The notes beneath the pieces were generated by a model that worked only from the letters and a program-made list of their open reading frames with translations, was not told the DNA's origin and made no database searches. The position numbers were made by a program, and so were the translations under genes. A DNA stretch of 63,801 nucleotides, the filler included, from Pirum gemmata (lineage: Eukaryota), in assembly GCA_002812295.1 (NCBI GenBank). It is 18 parts of 18 records of this genome, joined end to end, with 100 filler letters (N's around TTAATTAATTAA, not from the genome) between each part and the next. Parts side by side here need not be neighbours in the genome. Positions count along the whole stretch, not along the records: positions 60,864 to 63,801 come from PDIN01003889.1; 17 more parts are not named here. One strand, 5' to 3'. How positions within the stretch are numbered: the first letter of the stretch is position 1; each line of letters opens with the position of its first letter. Positions 62,801-63,801 of this stretch are shown in pieces.

Positions 62801-63801
62801 AATTGAAAATTAAAAATTATTGAAATAATTATCAAGAGGTCTAAAGTAAGAGGCTAATACGTATCACGTCATCATAAGTAAAATTTTGTCAGGGAGATTC
62901 GGAAAAAGACCATCGAATCGAGACTAGTTCGAAACTTTCGAAATTTTTCGACCTTATTTTAAAAGTATTGACTCACTTTCTCAGAAATTCTTAGAAATCT
63001 TAGAAATTTCATAGAAAAAACTTGAAACTCAAAAAAAAAAAAAAAAAGAATATCATTTCAAAATTGTCACTATTTAATAATTAGGATCGAGCTGTTTGAT
63101 TGAATTATGTTTGATGACGTCATCCAAATTACCCTCTTATTTTGTACCTCTTAAATAAATTACTCTAAAAAGTCCAGAAAATAATGATAAGGGGGCCCGC
63201 TTCGACTGCTCACAAAAATAAGAATATTTTTTATAGTCTCTTACTTTAAACCTCGTTTAAAGTGGGAGTTAAATAGTATGGGTTAATGTGTGGTTAAATA
63301 GTGTGCGTTGACAAAATTTACTAACACAAATTTTCCTAGTATAATTTTTTGTACTAGTCTATTATATCAATTTATAGAAAAAAAAAGGTAGAGTAAGTAA
63401 TTTTTTTACTTATTTTTTTAAATTAATAATTATTCAAGCTTCAGATAGTATGGCTTAATAGTGTGGGTGAGTTTAATAGTGTGGGTGGTTTATTAGTGTG
63501 CATGGGTTAATATTGTGGGTAGTTTAATGATATTATTGATTCCTTTTGGATATTGTCTTTTAGAAAGTTTTACCCTTTTAAATAGAAAACGGGTAGTTTG
63601 ACTACTCCTGTGCTTGTATTTCCACGTGTTGGGCTCAAATTTGTGGCATTTTTGACTTTTTTGCCGTTTTTGCCCTTTGATATCTTGAAAAAAAAATTAC
63701 CCTTTTAAATAGAAAATGGGTAGTTTGCCTACGTCTGTACTAAGAAACAATAAACAATAACATATAAACAACCCTAACCCTAACCCTAACCCTAACCCTA
63801 A

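Overview
Very AT-rich eukaryotic genomic DNA with GT-AG introns, TAA stops and TTAGGG-type repeats. The window is not a contiguous locus. It is 18 small scaffolds, mostly about 3 kb, joined by an artificial 100-bp spacer (44 N + TTAATTAATTAA + 44 N), so adjacency across spacers carries no biological meaning. Recognisable coding content: aquaporin exons, a 5'-truncated Sola3-like DDD transposase, a POT/PTR transporter exon, a mucin-stalk membrane protein fragment, an intronless TALE homeobox gene, ALY/REF (THOC4) exons, a short secreted GH7-like glycoside hydrolase, NAC-alpha, a secreted His-brace LPMO, a TCD1/2-like terminal exon, several orphan exons and a probable decayed non-LTR retrotransposon. 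Intergenic DNA is packed with at least seven MITE-like families, interstitial telomere-like arrays and microsatellites. The most notable observations are: (1) low-complexity tracts built from TA-[1-3 nt]-TA words that behave like accumulated transposon excision footprints, with direct paralogue evidence; (2) three genes whose 3' exons precede their 5' exons on the same strand within one scaffold, most likely a scaffolding order error, although circles or tandem arrays are not excluded; (3) an unusually short GH7-like enzyme and an LPMO that I cannot assign to a family. All family assignments come from motif recognition by eye, not database searches. The organism cannot be identified from this window.
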